From positions 1,640,001-1,704,000 of the forward strand of contig NW_003314287.1 in NCBI RefSeq assembly GCF_000143415.4: 64,000 nucleotides of DNA. The letters are read 5' to 3'. Positions 24,777 to 37,965 of the stretch are shown here, piece by piece. Origin of the DNA: Selaginella moellendorffii. Its lineage: Eukaryota; Plantae; Lycopodiophyta. The position numbers and the translations under genes are program-made. The number at the start of each line of letters is the position of its first letter. Within the stretch, counting starts at the first letter, position 1. Under the pieces are notes generated by a model. That model was not told where the DNA came from, searched no databases, and saw only the letters and a list, made by a program, of their open reading frames with translations.

Positions 24777-27700
24777 ATGCAGCAGCATCATAATCACCAG
24801 ATCACTTGCGCTCCCAGCTTCTCCCAGCAGATGATGCTGCTTCCATCTCCTCACGGTTTCGGAGTGTTGCAGCTGCAGCACAGGAACGAAGGCAAGTTGC
24901 ATTTCCACAAGGATAATGTATCCGGGAATGAATCATCTCTCTTTTAACTTCGCCTTTGCGCGCGAGTGCTTGCTTGTACATTTTGTTCTTGGAATTTTAG
25001 TTCTATCCGGTTGCTGCTATGGTTTTTATCCTGTTCCTCGTTTCTAATGTGCGTTTTGGTGTTGTTTCTCCAGGATCAAGCACAAGCAGCAGCAGCAACT
25101 GCTATGACTCTGCTCTCTCCCTTCTCGGCGGGGGCCCCCCCGCCGCCGCTGGAAATGTACACTACGACATGGCCCAGATGTTCATCCCAGGCCCCACGAC
25201 CACCACTTCCACCTCAACCTCAGCCACCAAGCTCGAGGATTTCATCGGCAGCGGCCCGGCTCTGGATCTCAACGACATCCACGGCTCTTCCGCCACAACC
25301 GCGGCACTCCCTTTGTTCACGGGAGGAGCTGCCGCTGCGTCTAGCCACAACAACGTCATCGGTTTTGGCGGCTTGAGCAGCGGCACTCTCGATCACTGTT
25401 TCTCCACCAGCAGTAGCAGCTGCAGCTTGTTCCCGTTTCCGGAGCCGCAGCAGCAGCAGTGTGGCGGCAGCATGTACAACTTCGGTGCCGTTCACAGCAG
25501 CCTGCCATCGTTGCACCACGCTGCTTTCGAGTTCCAGCAACAGCAACAACAAATGCCACAGGCGGGAAACTTTGAAGATCAGAGAATTGAATTGTCACCA
25601 CCGCCGCCACTGCCACCGCCGCCGCACTACAGCCACGATCACCACCAGTTTCAGCAGACTCCAGGATCCGTGAACTTTTTCAATCTCAGCAATGCGAGTT
25701 CTCTGAGGAGCCCGTGGGCCGCGGAGCATCAGAGTGACGCCACCAGCCTCTCGCCGCCGGCTACGGCCCTGGAGATGGTTAGCAGCAGAGACTTTTTTCA
25801 TGGCGACAAGGCTTCGCTTCCAATGGCCAAGACCATCGACCACTTACGTGAATTCCAGGATGCTGCCCAGCAGCAGCAGCAGACGAGTCGGGCGCACCTG
25901 CAAGTCGAGCCACTCAACGCGGAGATCCTTGTCGAGTCGGATCAAAGCCTCTACAACGCCCTGCAAATGCCTGGCAGAGGAGCTCCTCACGTCGAGGAAG
26001 ATCACCATGAACAAGAGCAGAGTCACGGTGGCGGTGCCAAGAGATCCAAAGAATTGTCTGTCGATCATAGTAATTGCTGCGACGACAACGACCTTGTCCG
26101 ATCGGATCACGGCAAACGATCGGCTCCCCCAGGTGATTTGTACGAGCTCTCCTCAAAGAAGTCAGCGGCAGCAGCGGTGGACGCAAGTGGACAGCGTACA
26201 TCCAAATACCGCGGAGTTACGAGGTTCGCGTTTTTAAATTGTCTCGCAAGTTTGTTCTAACTTGTCCCTCTTGTTCTTGATTGTTCTTGTTCCAGACATC
26301 GCTGGACTCGTCGTTACGAGGCCCATCTCTGGGACAACAGCTACAAGCAACCGGGGAGAGATCGGAAAGGAAGACAAGGTATTCTTTTCTTTTCATGCTC
26401 CTTGGCACTGTTTTTACCTTCGTAATAATTCCTACTCGCGAGCTAACTCTTTGGCATTTGTGTGGCTTTTGTCTCCGGATGGGATCTTCTGGGTGGAGCT
26501 CCTGCAGTGTATCTAGGTACAGTCTCTAAACTATCCACGCATTGCGTGCGCCCATTAGTTTACGCTTTGTTTTCGCTCTTGCATTATACGAGTTTTTCAT
26601 TGTCTAGTCGACAGGCATGCTCTCTTTCGCTCTCGGCTTGGCTTTGTAGGAAATTGTTTCCGCTACTGTAGAGTTTCTGACTTTGTGTCTGGTTCAAACT
26701 AGGGAGACTGTAGCTCTTAGTGTCTTGTGTGTGTGGTGTGCTAGCGTACGATGGCATCTGCAAGCCAGTTTTTTTCTCAAGTGGATTGTTTTGAGCTGTT
26801 TATCTAAAAGAACGCTTTGGAATTGGCACCAGGTGGTTATGACAGTGAGGAGAATGCAGCCAGGGCATATGATCTAGCAGCTCTCAAGTACTGGGGACCC
26901 AACACTATTATCAACTTTCCTGTAAGATTTCGTGGGGAGGTCGCCAATGTCGACTGCTCACCAGACCCCTTGACCATCTCCTTGACTAAACTTTTTCTCT
27001 TCTTTTCCAGCTTGGAAACTACACCAAAGAGCTCGAGGAGATGAAGCACAACACAAGGCAAGAGTACGTCGCGGCCATAAGAAGGTTGGCGGGCTTTATA
27101 CGTCTTGGTTTGTTTATTGGATGGCTCTCTTTAAGGTTGCGTCGTCTCTATCAGGAAAAGCGATGGCTTCTCTCGAGGGACTTCGGTTTTCCGGGGTGTT
27201 ACGAGACACCACCAGCATGGACGATGGCAAGCGCGGATTGGACGTGTGGCTGGTCACAAGGATTTGTACTTGGGGACATTTGGTACGCTGTCCAACAGTA
27301 GAGAAAACTTTGACATGTAGCTTTTGCTTTACGACCCATCTTTGATGTGATCTCTGGATAGGCACTGAAGAAGAAGCCGCTGAGGCGTATGACCGGGCTG
27401 CTATCAAGTACCGCGGTCTCAAGGCGATCACAAACTTTGAGATAAGTCGCTATATCAAAGTTCCAAAGGAGGACGAGAATGGGAACCAAGTTTTGGAGCA
27501 AGGGCTCCAAATGGTGAAGCAAACTCCCGATTGGCAGAACTTCTTCCAGATTATCTATCAGCCAAACCAGGCTCTCTGGCTCCAGCAGAATCAGCACTAT
27601 GCAAACAGCCAAGGTTAGATCTTTCAACATCTGTAGATAAAGTTTCTAAACTTCTTTTTCATTGCAGAAACATCTGACCAGTCCGTGATCACATCAAATC

Positions 27701-27927
27701 CCAGCGACACCAACGAGTGCTCGGATCGATCGTATAATTACTCTCACTTTCAAGGAGACCATGTTGGAGGAGTCCATAGCATCCACCAAAACAAGGATCA
27801 AGTGTTCCAGTTTTGCTCTCCACAAGCTAGTGAAGCTGCGATTCCATTCCAGCTCCAGAAACCGAGCTATGGAAGCGGCAGCAACAATCAAGTGCCAATC
27901 TTCACAGGCTGGAACGAACTGAGCTGA
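24777..27927 (+). CDS. Double-AP2 transcription factor of the euANT (AINTEGUMENTA/PLETHORA-like) lineage
   Basis: TKLEDFIG (euANT3-like); [24 protein letters not shown]...KGRQ-VYL-GGYD...[11 protein letters not shown]; linker; second AP2 [17 protein letters not shown]...YLGTF...TNF. The first exon is inferred. Confidence 0.93.
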
Positions 27928-29075
27928 AAAGAAAAATTTCTCGAGTGAGACTTTCCCTTGTAAAAAGAATTATATATACACCACTAGGTACTTACCGCAA
28001 TACTTTATCGTAGCTCTGTGGAGCTACAACAATTTTGGTACATTATAAAACTACTCAAGAGGCAGTATCAATTCAAGCATATAAACAACGAAACAAACGA
28101 ATAGATTGTGCGTACTTGTTTGCGAGAACTTTTCAGGAGCTCAAAGTGCAGCCAATGAACATGCGCCATCGTCCAGGACGGGCGTACGTATAGAATAAAG
28201 TAGAAACAAAGTATAAATACTTTGAGTCATGCATCTAAGATCGAGATTCTAGAAGTTGCAGCAGCTATATGGTAAAATACTAGAAGGCTATGTGGTAGCA
28301 GTGTAGCACAGAGGTAATCTACTGTAAAGATCACCTTTCTTTTCCCTTTGAAATTCCTTCCCATATATTCCACCACCCCCATGCGCGATCTTGTTAGCAG
28401 TACTTCGTAATCCACCAAGTTGCCAGGCAGGGGCAAATGCTGCAAAGCAAGTAAGCCATGCCCGAGAGAGCAAAGCAAGAGAACAAAAAAAGATGGAAGG
28501 AAGAAAGGTGCGAGAGAGAGACACGCAAAAACAAGCCCAGAATCCGAGACAACCACCAAACTTCTGGCAAGCAAGTCTGGACTCTGGAGGGCGACTGGCA
28601 TTCAATGCAAGAGTGTGTCTACCCCTTCTCTCATCTCTCTTTCTTTTCCTTCCAATCCCTTCAAAGAAATCCTCCTCAACTGCGGGTGGCGAATTTTATA
28701 ATGGAAACATCAATTCCTCAGAGTTAATGAAAGAACACGAGCGCTGAGCTGATGGCAGGCGGACGAGCAAGAATCGTGGCGTGAGCCCCCCGATGTGAAG
28801 AAGGATATAAAAATAGTATCCACACACGATAAGGAGCTTTAATGGGATGGCTGGTTTTGAAAACTACGGAAGAATGGCGGCTAGCACAGCCAGCAGTAGC
28901 GAGAACGAAGACTCGTCTTGCTTGCTAGCAACGAGAAAACCAAGGAGAAAGACATTGTTGTCTGATATGTTTGGAGTTCACTGCACGGATACAAAGGTGG
29001 TGGTGGGTCTCGAAAGCAAAGATGCCGATAAAATCTTTGGTGGCTGCGGAGAAAGAGTAGCGATCAGAGAAGAAC

Positions 29076-31469
29076 TCACACTTGAGCTTCTGCGACTCGG
29101 GCGATTTCTTCTTCCTCGAGCTCCTCGCTCTCCTCGTTCCATGCCGCAACCGTGTTGGATAGCAGCACATACGGCGCTGATTTCAATCGTCCCAGCTGCA
29201 CGGCTCGCTTTGCCGCGGCCGCTGCTCGCTTGGAATCGCTGTGCGTCTTGCAAGCCGAGATCAGAGACAGCCACGAGACTCCATCCGGCTCGAAAGGCAT
29301 GCTCTCGATGAGATCCTGCGCGTCCTCGAGCCGCCCCGCGCGGCCGAGGATGTCGATCAAGCAGCCAAAGTGGTCGGCGGTGGCCGGGATGCTGTGATCC
29401 GCGACCATGGTGGCGAAGTAGTCGCAGCCATCCCGGAGGAGACCTCCATGGCTGCAAGACGAGAGGATGCTCATGTAAGTGATCCCGTTTGGCTGGACGC
29501 CGTTGAGAACCATGGATTGGTGAAGCTCCAGCGCGAGTTTGTCATAGCCGTTTTGAGCGTAGGCTGCCACCATCGCGGTCCACGACACAACGTCCGCTCT
29601 GGAGCTCGCAACTTCGTCAAACAAGCGTCGAGCCTCAGCCAGACTCGCGCATTTTCCGTAGAGGTTGACGAGGCCAGAGCAGATCATCGGGTCGCACTGC
29701 ACTCCCGACTGGGCGATCGTGGAGTGGAGAACTCTCCCGACTTTGAGCGATGCCACCTTCGTGCAAGCGTCGAGCGCGTTGACGAAGGTGATGGTGTCCA
29801 CTGGAACTCCTTCCAGATCCATCTTGCTAAAGAGCTGGAGAGCTTTCTTTCCTTCGCCGTGCTGCGCAAAGGCCCCGATCATCGCCGACCACGATACCGT
29901 GTTTCGAGAAGGCATCTCGTCGAAGGTTTGCTTGGCTCGGTCGAGATGCCCGGTTTGAGTATATGCAGCGAGCATGGCAGTCCACGACACGACGTTCTGC
30001 TGGGGCATGGTTTGGAAGAGATTCTCGGCGCTGTAGAGATCGCCATGCAACGCAAACGCGGAGATCATAGCGTTGTAGGAAACCACATCCGGGTGTGGGA
30101 GCTCGTCAAACATACTCTTCGCGGTGTGTAAGTCTCCCTTCTCGGCAAAAGTGGTGATCATGATGTTCCACGAAAGCTCACTCCATCGAGGCATCTGGTC
30201 GAACGCTCGCTTCGCCTCCTCCGGCACAGCATTCGCCGAGTAAGCCCCGATCATCACGTTCCACGACACCAAATTGAGCTCCGGAGCCTGGTCAAAGAGA
30301 GCCTTCGCGTCGACGACGTTCTTAGCATCCACGAACGCCGTCAGCATGATGTTCCAGGTGATCGCATTGCTCTGCGGAATCCGATCGAAGAGCGCCCTCG
30401 CGTCGACGAACTTGTCGTTCTGAGCGTGCGCACCGATGACGGCATTCCACGAGACAACATCCCGGTTTGGCATTCGATCGAAGTTCGCTCGAGCCTCGTC
30501 CAAGTTGCCGTTTGATCCATAGGCCGAGACGAGGCTGTTCCACGACATGAGAGTCTTATCCGGCATGGAATCAAACACCACCTTCGCCTCACGCAAATAC
30601 CCGTTCTGGGCAAATGCTGAGATGACCGAGTTCCAGGCCACAAAGTCCCTCTCCGGCATGCACGAGAACAACCATTGCGCCTCCTCGAGAAACCCATTCT
30701 CTGCGTAAGCCGCCACCATAATCGTCCACGACACCACTGTGAGCTGCGGCATCTTGTCCAGCATCACCCTCGCATTCTCCAGATGCCCCCTCTGGGCATA
30801 TCCCGTGATCATCGTGTTCCAGACGATGAATCCCCGCAGCTCCATCCGATCGAAGACCTGTTTGGCAGCATCGAGGTTCCCGGCCTGGGCGTATCCGGAA
30901 ATGATCGTCATCCACGAGAAGCTGGAAGCCTCGGGCAGCCCATCAAAGAGTTCCTTGGCGCTGTTCATGTCTTTCAGCTCCACATACCCGGAGATGATCC
31001 CATTCCAAGTCGCGGCCTCCCACTCCGGCATTCTCGTCACCACCGCCATCGCCTGCTGGATCTGCCCCCCCTGCGCGTACGCCGCCACCATCGCGTTCCA
31101 CGACACGCTATTCCTCTCGCCCATGGCGTCGAAGATCCTCCTCGACTCGCCGGGATCGCTGGAGTTGCGCGCGTGGGCGGCCAGGTAGATGTTCCACGAG
31201 AAGGAATTCTTCCTCCGGATGGCCTGGAACGCAGCGCGCGCGTCCGCCACGCTCCCGCACAGCCCATACATCTGCACGATGAGATTGCCCAGGAACGTCC
31301 CTCCATCGCCGCCGAGGTCGCGCACCCGAGAATGCGCCCTCCTCGCCCGGGCGAGATCTCTTGCGCGCCCACATTCCCGCAGCAACGCCGCTATAGCACC
31401 CTCATCGATCGCTCCTCCAGCCCTAGCAAGCATCCACGAATGGCAATCCCATGCGTCCACGTGTATCAC
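29076..31469 (-). CDS. PLS-class PPR protein with E domain, no DYW
   Basis: 797-aa intronless ORF of PPR repeats ending LIDILGRAGRLEDAQDLIESMPFEPDGVSWLSLISAC...SAPYVLLSN. Confidence 0.93.
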   Translation of the reverse strand: MIHVDAWDCHSWMLARAGGAIDEGAIAALLRECGRARDLARARRAHSRVRDLGGDGGTFLGNLIVQMYGLCGSVADARAAFQAIRRKNSFSWNIYLAAHARNSSDPGESRRIFDAMGERNSVSWNAMVAAYAQGGQIQQAMAVVTRMPEWEAATWNGIISGYVELKDMNSAKELFDGLPEASSFSWMTIISGYAQAGNLDAAKQVFDRMELRGFIVWNTMITGYAQRGHLENARVMLDKMPQLTVVSWTIMVAAYAENGFLEEAQWLFSCMPERDFVAWNSVISAFAQNGYLREAKVVFDSMPDKTLMSWNSLVSAYGSNGNLDEARANFDRMPNRDVVSWNAVIGAHAQNDKFVDARALFDRIPQSNAITWNIMLTAFVDAKNVVDAKALFDQAPELNLVSWNVMIGAYSANAVPEEAKRAFDQMPRWSELSWNIMITTFAEKGDLHTAKSMFDELPHPDVVSYNAMISAFALHGDLYSAENLFQTMPQQNVVSWTAMLAAYTQTGHLDRAKQTFDEMPSRNTVSWSAMIGAFAQHGEGKKALQLFSKMDLEGVPVDTITFVNALDACTKVASLKVGRVLHSTIAQSGVQCDPMICSGLVNLYGKCASLAEARRLFDEVASSRADVVSWTAMVAAYAQNGYDKLALELHQSMVLNGVQPNGITYMSILSSCSHGGLLRDGCDYFATMVADHSIPATADHFGCLIDILGRAGRLEDAQDLIESMPFEPDGVSWLSLISACKTHSDSKRAAAAAKRAVQLGRLKSAPYVLLSNTVAAWNEESEELEEEEIARVAEAQV

Positions 31470-31560
31470 AATCCAACGGCCACAACAGCTAGTTCACCAA
31501 CGTTGACTAAAAGAGTGTGTTTCGTTTTTTCTTTCTTTCGGAGCAAGGAGCTCCCTGGCC

Positions 31561-34500
31561 TCACTGCAGTGGAGCGTACACCGAGTAGCAATCCGGAGGA
31601 ACCAAGACGTGATGGTGGAGAGGATATCGGCCCTGCGCAGCCGACACCTCCGGCCCAGCTCCGCCAGAGTAGCTCACGCTGCTGACGCTCATCGAGCGAG
31701 AGATCGGCCAAAAGCGACCATTCGCATCGCTCTGGAGAGAAGCCAGCGGTGTGTGCGCGTAGCTTCCCATCATCTGTGCGCTTTCCATCCTGCGCTGCTG
31801 CTGCTGTTGCTGCTGGTGATGCTGCTGCTGTTGGTGTTGCTGCTGCTTGGCACTGCTTCCATCGCCAGGCGAGCTGTAGTCTCCGCCTCTCCCACCGGGA
31901 TGATGCAGGATCGCGCTCAGCGTCCTTCCCAAGTTCTTGTCCTCGTCCAGGAGATCGTTGATGATGTCCAGGTGCGGGAAATCCTCCGAGAGGCTGCTGA
32001 AGAATGGCGGCGGGGGCGGAGGCTGCCTCGTGGGTGACAGCATCTCCGCGCCTGATGGACTGCCTTGGTTGTCGGAGCTCTGGTCTTCGGAGTGCCCGGC
32101 GTCGTCGCTCGAACTTTGCTGCTGCTGCGGCGGGTGGTGCTCGCTGTGGAGGACTTCCTGTGTTACCGTCCCAAATGTTATCGCTATCGAGTCATCCTGC
32201 CCGTTTTGCTGCTGCTGCTGCTGCTGCTGCTGGCTGCCACCACCTTTGTGAGGAGGTTTATCGTTGCTACTTGCATCTGGCATCGTTGCCACTTGGACCT
32301 CTTCCGCTCTTCCAGACTGCTCGTAAACAGGAGGTAGCTTCGACGCACTACTGCTCGTCGTCGACGTTGTTGTTGTTATTACTGTTGCCGAGGACGACGA
32401 GGCAGCGGCGGCGGCAGCAGTAGCGTAAGGCCGAGCAAACCCGCCATTGCTCACCAAGCCGCTACTCTGCGCGCTGTGTCCTCCAATATCGGCTCCTGGG
32501 CTGTGCAGCCTCCCCACAGCAGCATTTCTGTACGACACTGGTAGACCAGCCTGCTTCGGGGTGTCGATGATACCGGACGCTTCACCACCACCGCTCAGCC
32601 TGCCAGCGGCACTCATTGAGCGAGAGAGAGGCGGCGGAATCGGCTGCAAAGGAAACGGCATGGAGTGCCGAGGTCCATTTGCAATCATTGGCGCAGTCCC
32701 TGGTCTCGAAAAAGCTGGCATTGCGGACGCCGTCATACCAGGCCGTGGATCGTCGTCGGACTTGTGCTTCATAGCGTTGGAAGAGTCACTCCTGCCTTTT
32801 GAGTGATGCCCGTTCTCAGTAGCATGATAAGAACCATTTGTAGTCGCCCTGCTCGACTTTAACTGTCGATTGTCACCTTTCGGTACTCTTCCCTTCGGCA
32901 CTGAATCCCCATCAGGCGGCATGCTATCGCTTCTGTTGCTGGAGGCCTCGGAACTAAATCTACAATCTGGAACATCCCCCGATCGATTCCTGTGACTTCT
33001 TGTCTGATCACCTGCTTTGTGCTGGGCGTAGCTAAGCTGTTCATGAAGCAAAACAACTTCGTCCTCCTGCAAACGCCAAAGCTTTAACGCTAAACGCTCC
33101 AGAAAAAAATTTACCTTTTCTTGTAGACGTTTTTCAAGCCAACGCACTCTTTCCTTGAGAGAAAGAATAACAGCCTCCGAATCTATACCTCCTGGACTGC
33201 AACTACTGCTCGTCTCGCCAGTGCTTCGAGCGTCTGCAGTTCGGAGAACTGCATCGCCTTCAAGAAGCCTACCATCGCTGTCAAAACCATCAACAGCAGC
33301 CCTGCTCCTGCCCCTGTCACCGCATTGTGTAAACAGCTGAAACGAGGAAGTACGAACAAGTACCTTAGGAAACCGTGTTCGGAGATGTGCGTCCTTGAAC
33401 TGAACAAATTGCTACTCGGCGGTCTCACCGATGGTAGAGAGTCCGAGGAGCAAGTGGAGGAGCTGTCGTCCAAAGCCGAGGGTACTCTTTTACTCTGCCC
33501 GCTGGCTTCGTCAGTTAAAGAACCACTGAAACTTGCTTCCATTTCCTGGTTCACGAATGATGCGTCTCGTTCCCATGTCGCATGTTCTAAATCATCCGCT
33601 GTTCCAAAGGTTCCCACAACGCTGTCCAGACCACTATCACCTTCCTCATCTACAGTCTCGCCCATCAAAATCGACGAGAGGTCGACATCCGTTAGCAGAA
33701 TTTTCTTCGTGACAAGCCTACTGCTTGTTAGATCTTGCTCCAGGCGCTTTTCAGAAGGATCTTTGTCTTTTCCTTTACGATCTTTCCTTCTTTGTTTAGC
33801 CTGTAAGAACAAAGAAGGATAAAGTTATATAGATTAGAGTAAAGTTTACCTGTTTCTTCTTAGTACGTTTCTCCCGTTCAGCTGCCTCGCGCTTTGCTTT
33901 AAGCTCATTTTCAGCCTGACCGGCAGCTTCTTCTTCACGAATAAGCTCTTCTTGACGTTTTAACGCCACAGCTTCTCTGTACGCCACTTCTATCCGATTG
34001 CTGCGACGGAATGACCAACGTTACATTGAAAGTATAATAAAAAGAGAAATACCTGAATAAATGAGCTAGCACGAACATTTCGACAGTCCGCCTGCCAAGC
34101 TCTGTAAGCCTCCGTTCGTCACGTTCAACGAACTCCTTCCCAAATTCATCTCCAGATGCTCCGTCCTGATAAAAGCATAAAATGGTGAAGTTCAATCGAA
34201 TACCATATTGTCTATACCTTCGTCCGGTTTTGAGGCCCCTTATCATCTTTGTAGGAAGGCAATGGCTCTAGTACGACCCGCTCCAAGAGCGAAAGTATAT
34301 CGCCAGCAAGTACAAAAAAATCCTTCTCCATCCAGACAACAGGTGTAAATGAATCATATCCTGCGTCTAATTTATGGTTCTTGTTCTTTTTCTGACGATC
34401 CAAAGCCTTACAGCCACTGTATAATGCATCCATGACCAGCGTTGAAGTGACCTCCTTCTCGTTGAAAAAGCGCTTAACCACGGCCTTGAAGATTATATCC

Positions 34501-35795
34501 GTCTTTTCTCTAGCAAGCCGTCGGCGTGCATTGTCTTCGACAGCCGACCAGAAGGCTCGGAAACTGGCAAGCACAGTAAGGAGTTACTAAGCAGATATAT
34601 GGTTACTTCCGCCATACCTTGACCAGCAAAGAGTATCCTCTATTACTTTACCAAGTTTCTCTCTCTTCTCTTCCACAAAGCGTCGGCAAATACCCTCAAC
34701 GTTTGTTATGTACACGCGGACCAGCTCTCGCCTATACTGACAATCGAGACAGCGGAAAGGCTGAAGAGGATTCTCCCTGTCAAAATTCCAACAAACAATA
34801 AGATACTAGGATCTTTTAGACAGCCAAACCTGATAACTTGCACTTGGGCCTTGATAACCAACGTATCGCCGACCGTGAAACCATCCGCAACTTTAGAAAG
34901 TTCCATAAATTTCTTCCAGCCCCAGTCATGCTCCTTCTTGCAGAAACGATGTAAAGTATCTGCTTGTACAAAGTACACTTAGCGCCTATTCCACATAGAT
35001 AAAAGTTTGCAGCACCTGAATACTTAGACTTCTTTGGATCTTTGTTGACCACGGCTATAGTAAACTGCGCAAAATGACTCCATCCTTCAGAAAACACAAG
35101 ACGAAGACAAGGTATGACAACCGTTAAAACTCAAAAGAGAAATCGAGTCTACTACCTGGTAGAAGCTTGTCATAATCTGCAACACACAGGAAAAGCGAAA
35201 GGTGATTGCAAACATCACATCCCTGAGGATACACTAAAATATACCTGAGAAGAAACGCTGAAGCCGTTAGAACAGCTTAAAGAGACAGGAGGAGAATGTT
35301 AGACGTGTTTGCTCACCACTTGTAGCCTCCGACTTCGAACACATTGCTCCGAAGTTCCCTCTTGCTAATCTCGGAGAAATTCTCGATCTTCCAGGTGAAT
35401 TTTCCGTAAAGGTCCGAGGGCTTGGGTCCTGTAAAACAACAAAGAAAAAATGAACAAGAAAAAAGAAAGAAAAAATCCCACGACGAAGATGAAGAAATGA
35501 TAAGAAAATGCGCTACCAGCACAATGAGGAATTCCAATCATCGGCCACACACAAACCCTATTGCAGGAATCGAGCAGTCACCTGGCAGCGTGGAGAGCGC
35601 CGACGATTTATCCTCGTCGGAATCACAATAGCCTGGAGATGTGGATGGAACTGACGGCTCCAACTGCTCGCGCGACCTCCATTCCGCGACAGCATCCGCG
35701 AGATGGAACCTGTTACCTCCGGACGACGCCGCTGGAGCAGCGCACGCCAATGCCGCATCGTCCCCGCTCGCATTGCCCTGCCCTGCGCACGCCAT
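31561..35795 (-). CDS. MATH/TRAF-domain protein (TRAF1a/1b, MUSE13/14-like), multi-exon
   Basis: AEWRS N-terminal motif; MATH domain GKFTWKIENFSEISKRELRSNVFEVGGYKWY...HDWGWKKFMEL; AVALKRQEELIREEEAA coiled coil; C-terminal EDFPHLDIINDLLDED; poly-Q tracts. Confidence 0.92.
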
Positions 35796-35925
35796 GCCGG
35801 GCAACGCAGAAATAACCCTAGCGCTGGGCGGATTAGGGCAAACGCAAATAATCCCCTTAAGCCTATACTTTCTGGTTTTAGGGCAAAATAGATTTAGGGT
35901 TCTTGGATCCATATGGCCGTAGCAG
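35796..35925. promoter_or_regulatory. Short divergent intergenic region with several telo-box-like motifs
   Basis: Only ~130 bp between two divergent ATGs; contains AACCCTAG, TTAGGGC and TTTAGGGTT. Confidence 0.55.
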
Positions 35926-37917
35926 ATGAAAATTGGTGTGCTCCGCCGATCTTACCACTCCACCGCCGCTCTCCAGGGCTTCCGCCGGCTGATCCGCCCC
36001 CCCATTGACATCTCCAACGTCGTCTCCTCCAGGGACTCGCCCCTCTCGTTTGTCTCCACGAATTGGCAGCGCGAGGGCGACGAGAATCACAGCCGATGGG
36101 TCAGCCGCGACGATGGCAGCATCGTCAAGCTCCAATCCCTCGCCAGGAGGGACATCGATCTCCTGGACGACGCCGACACGCAGGATCCCAGCGTCTACAT
36201 CGCTCTCTTGAGAGAATGCGGGTGCTCGCGCGCCCTCGCAGATGGGAAGAAGGTCCACGCCCATCTCTCCAGGGGCGGCCTCCACAGGGATCCGTACGTG
36301 GCCAATTTTTTGATCCAGATGTACGGCAGGTGCGAGAGCATGCGCGACGCAGAGGATGTGCTTCGATCGTTGCCCTGTCCAAACGTTATCTCCTGGAACA
36401 TCATGATCACAGCATATGCCCGGAATGGGCATCTTGCAAAAGCAAAGAACACATTCGATGCTATGCTTGATCGGACGGTCGTTTCGTGGAATAGTATGAT
36501 CACTGCGTATGCCCAAGACGGGCATGCTGGGGAATCTAAGAGGATTTTCGAAAGAATGCCTTTCTGGGCTGAAGTGTCGTGGACTACTGTCATGACAGCA
36601 TATGCCCAAGATGGGGATTTGCTAGAAGCGATGAGTTTCTTTCAGCGAATGCCACACAGGGATGTGGTCGCCTGGACGACCATGATACGAGCTCATGCTC
36701 TTAAGGGCCTTTACAGGGATGCGCTGGTTTTGTTTCGGAGGATGAACAGCGAGGGACTCAGACCGGACAAAGTTACGCTGCTCACGATTCTTGAGTCGTG
36801 TGACAGTCGGCTGGATGGAGCGGGGATTCACGCTTGCATCGCCGAGCTTGGGTTACAAACCGATGTAGCGGTAGGGACAGCGCTCATCAACATGTATGGG
36901 AGGTGTGGGTGCTTAGAGACTGCTCGGAGTATATTTGTGAAGATCGAAGAGAAGGATGTGGTGGCCTGGACCGCGATGCTCAATGCTTACGCTGATAACG
37001 GGCACTTGAGGGTCGCGGAGCTTATGCTGGAGAGGATGCCGCTCAAGAACTCGGTGTCTTTCAACGTGGTGATCACTGCTTTTGCTCGAAACGGCTACTT
37101 GTCCGAGGCCAGGGAGATATTTGACAGGGTGACGGACAGGGACGCTGTGACTTGGACGACTTTGATCACGGCGTATGCTCAGCAGGGCCAGTGTAAGAAA
37201 TCTCTCGAGCTCTTTCGGCTGATGGTGGTAGAGGGAGAACTTATGGATAGAATCACGCTGGTGTCGATGCTCCACGTCTGTGCGGTTCTAGCGGTTTCGA
37301 GTGTTGGAGTGGCGATTCATGACTTTGTAGTCGGTGCAAAGATGGCGATCGATGCTACTCTCGGCACTGCTCTTATGAACATGTATGGAAAGTGTGGAAG
37401 CATTGAGCGAGCTCGCAGCCAGTTCGATTCAACCCAGCAGAAAGACATCGTTTTCTGGAACTCCATGATCGCGCTCTACGGTCAGAATGGTCACGGGAGA
37501 GAAGCTCTAGACCTTTTCAGAGACATGGTTCACGATGGCATGGAGTGTAGCGACACAACATTAGGGAGTGTTCTCTCCGCATGCAGCCACTCCGGCCTAC
37601 AGAGACAGGGCCGAGATTTTTTCCTGGCAGTGGAGCAAGACTATGGAGTTTCTCCCACGATCGAGCACTACATTTGCATCATCGATCTTCTGGCGAGAGG
37701 TGGACGAGCGTCGGCTGCTCGCGAGCTGATTGACAGCATGCCCTTTGAGCCTCATGCTGCGGCTTGGACGACGTTTCTAGCCGCCTGTAAAGCTCAAGGC
37801 AAAGCCGGGGAAGCAGCAGTAAAGACCTCAGTGGAAGAGCTCTCCAGCAAAGTTGGAGACGTTTTTCTTCTCGTTGGCGATTCCAGTACAAGTGCTGCTG
37901 CCGTCGCTGCTGGATGA
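35926..37917 (+). CDS. PLS-class PPR protein with truncated/divergent E domain and probable organellar targeting peptide
   Basis: PPR repeats; Arg/Ser-rich N-terminus; IIDLLARGGRASAARELIDSMPFEPHAAAWTTFLAAC. Confidence 0.92.
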   Translation: MKIGVLRRSYHSTAALQGFRRLIRPPIDISNVVSSRDSPLSFVSTNWQREGDENHSRWVSRDDGSIVKLQSLARRDIDLLDDADTQDPSVYIALLRECGCSRALADGKKVHAHLSRGGLHRDPYVANFLIQMYGRCESMRDAEDVLRSLPCPNVISWNIMITAYARNGHLAKAKNTFDAMLDRTVVSWNSMITAYAQDGHAGESKRIFERMPFWAEVSWTTVMTAYAQDGDLLEAMSFFQRMPHRDVVAWTTMIRAHALKGLYRDALVLFRRMNSEGLRPDKVTLLTILESCDSRLDGAGIHACIAELGLQTDVAVGTALINMYGRCGCLETARSIFVKIEEKDVVAWTAMLNAYADNGHLRVAELMLERMPLKNSVSFNVVITAFARNGYLSEAREIFDRVTDRDAVTWTTLITAYAQQGQCKKSLELFRLMVVEGELMDRITLVSMLHVCAVLAVSSVGVAIHDFVVGAKMAIDATLGTALMNMYGKCGSIERARSQFDSTQQKDIVFWNSMIALYGQNGHGREALDLFRDMVHDGMECSDTTLGSVLSACSHSGLQRQGRDFFLAVEQDYGVSPTIEHYICIIDLLARGGRASAARELIDSMPFEPHAAAWTTFLAACKAQGKAGEAAVKTSVEELSSKVGDVFLLVGDSSTSAAAVAAG

Positions 37918-37965
37918 TTTTCGAAAGCGGGGAAGAAACCACCGTTTGAGTTCTGAAACTCTCAA

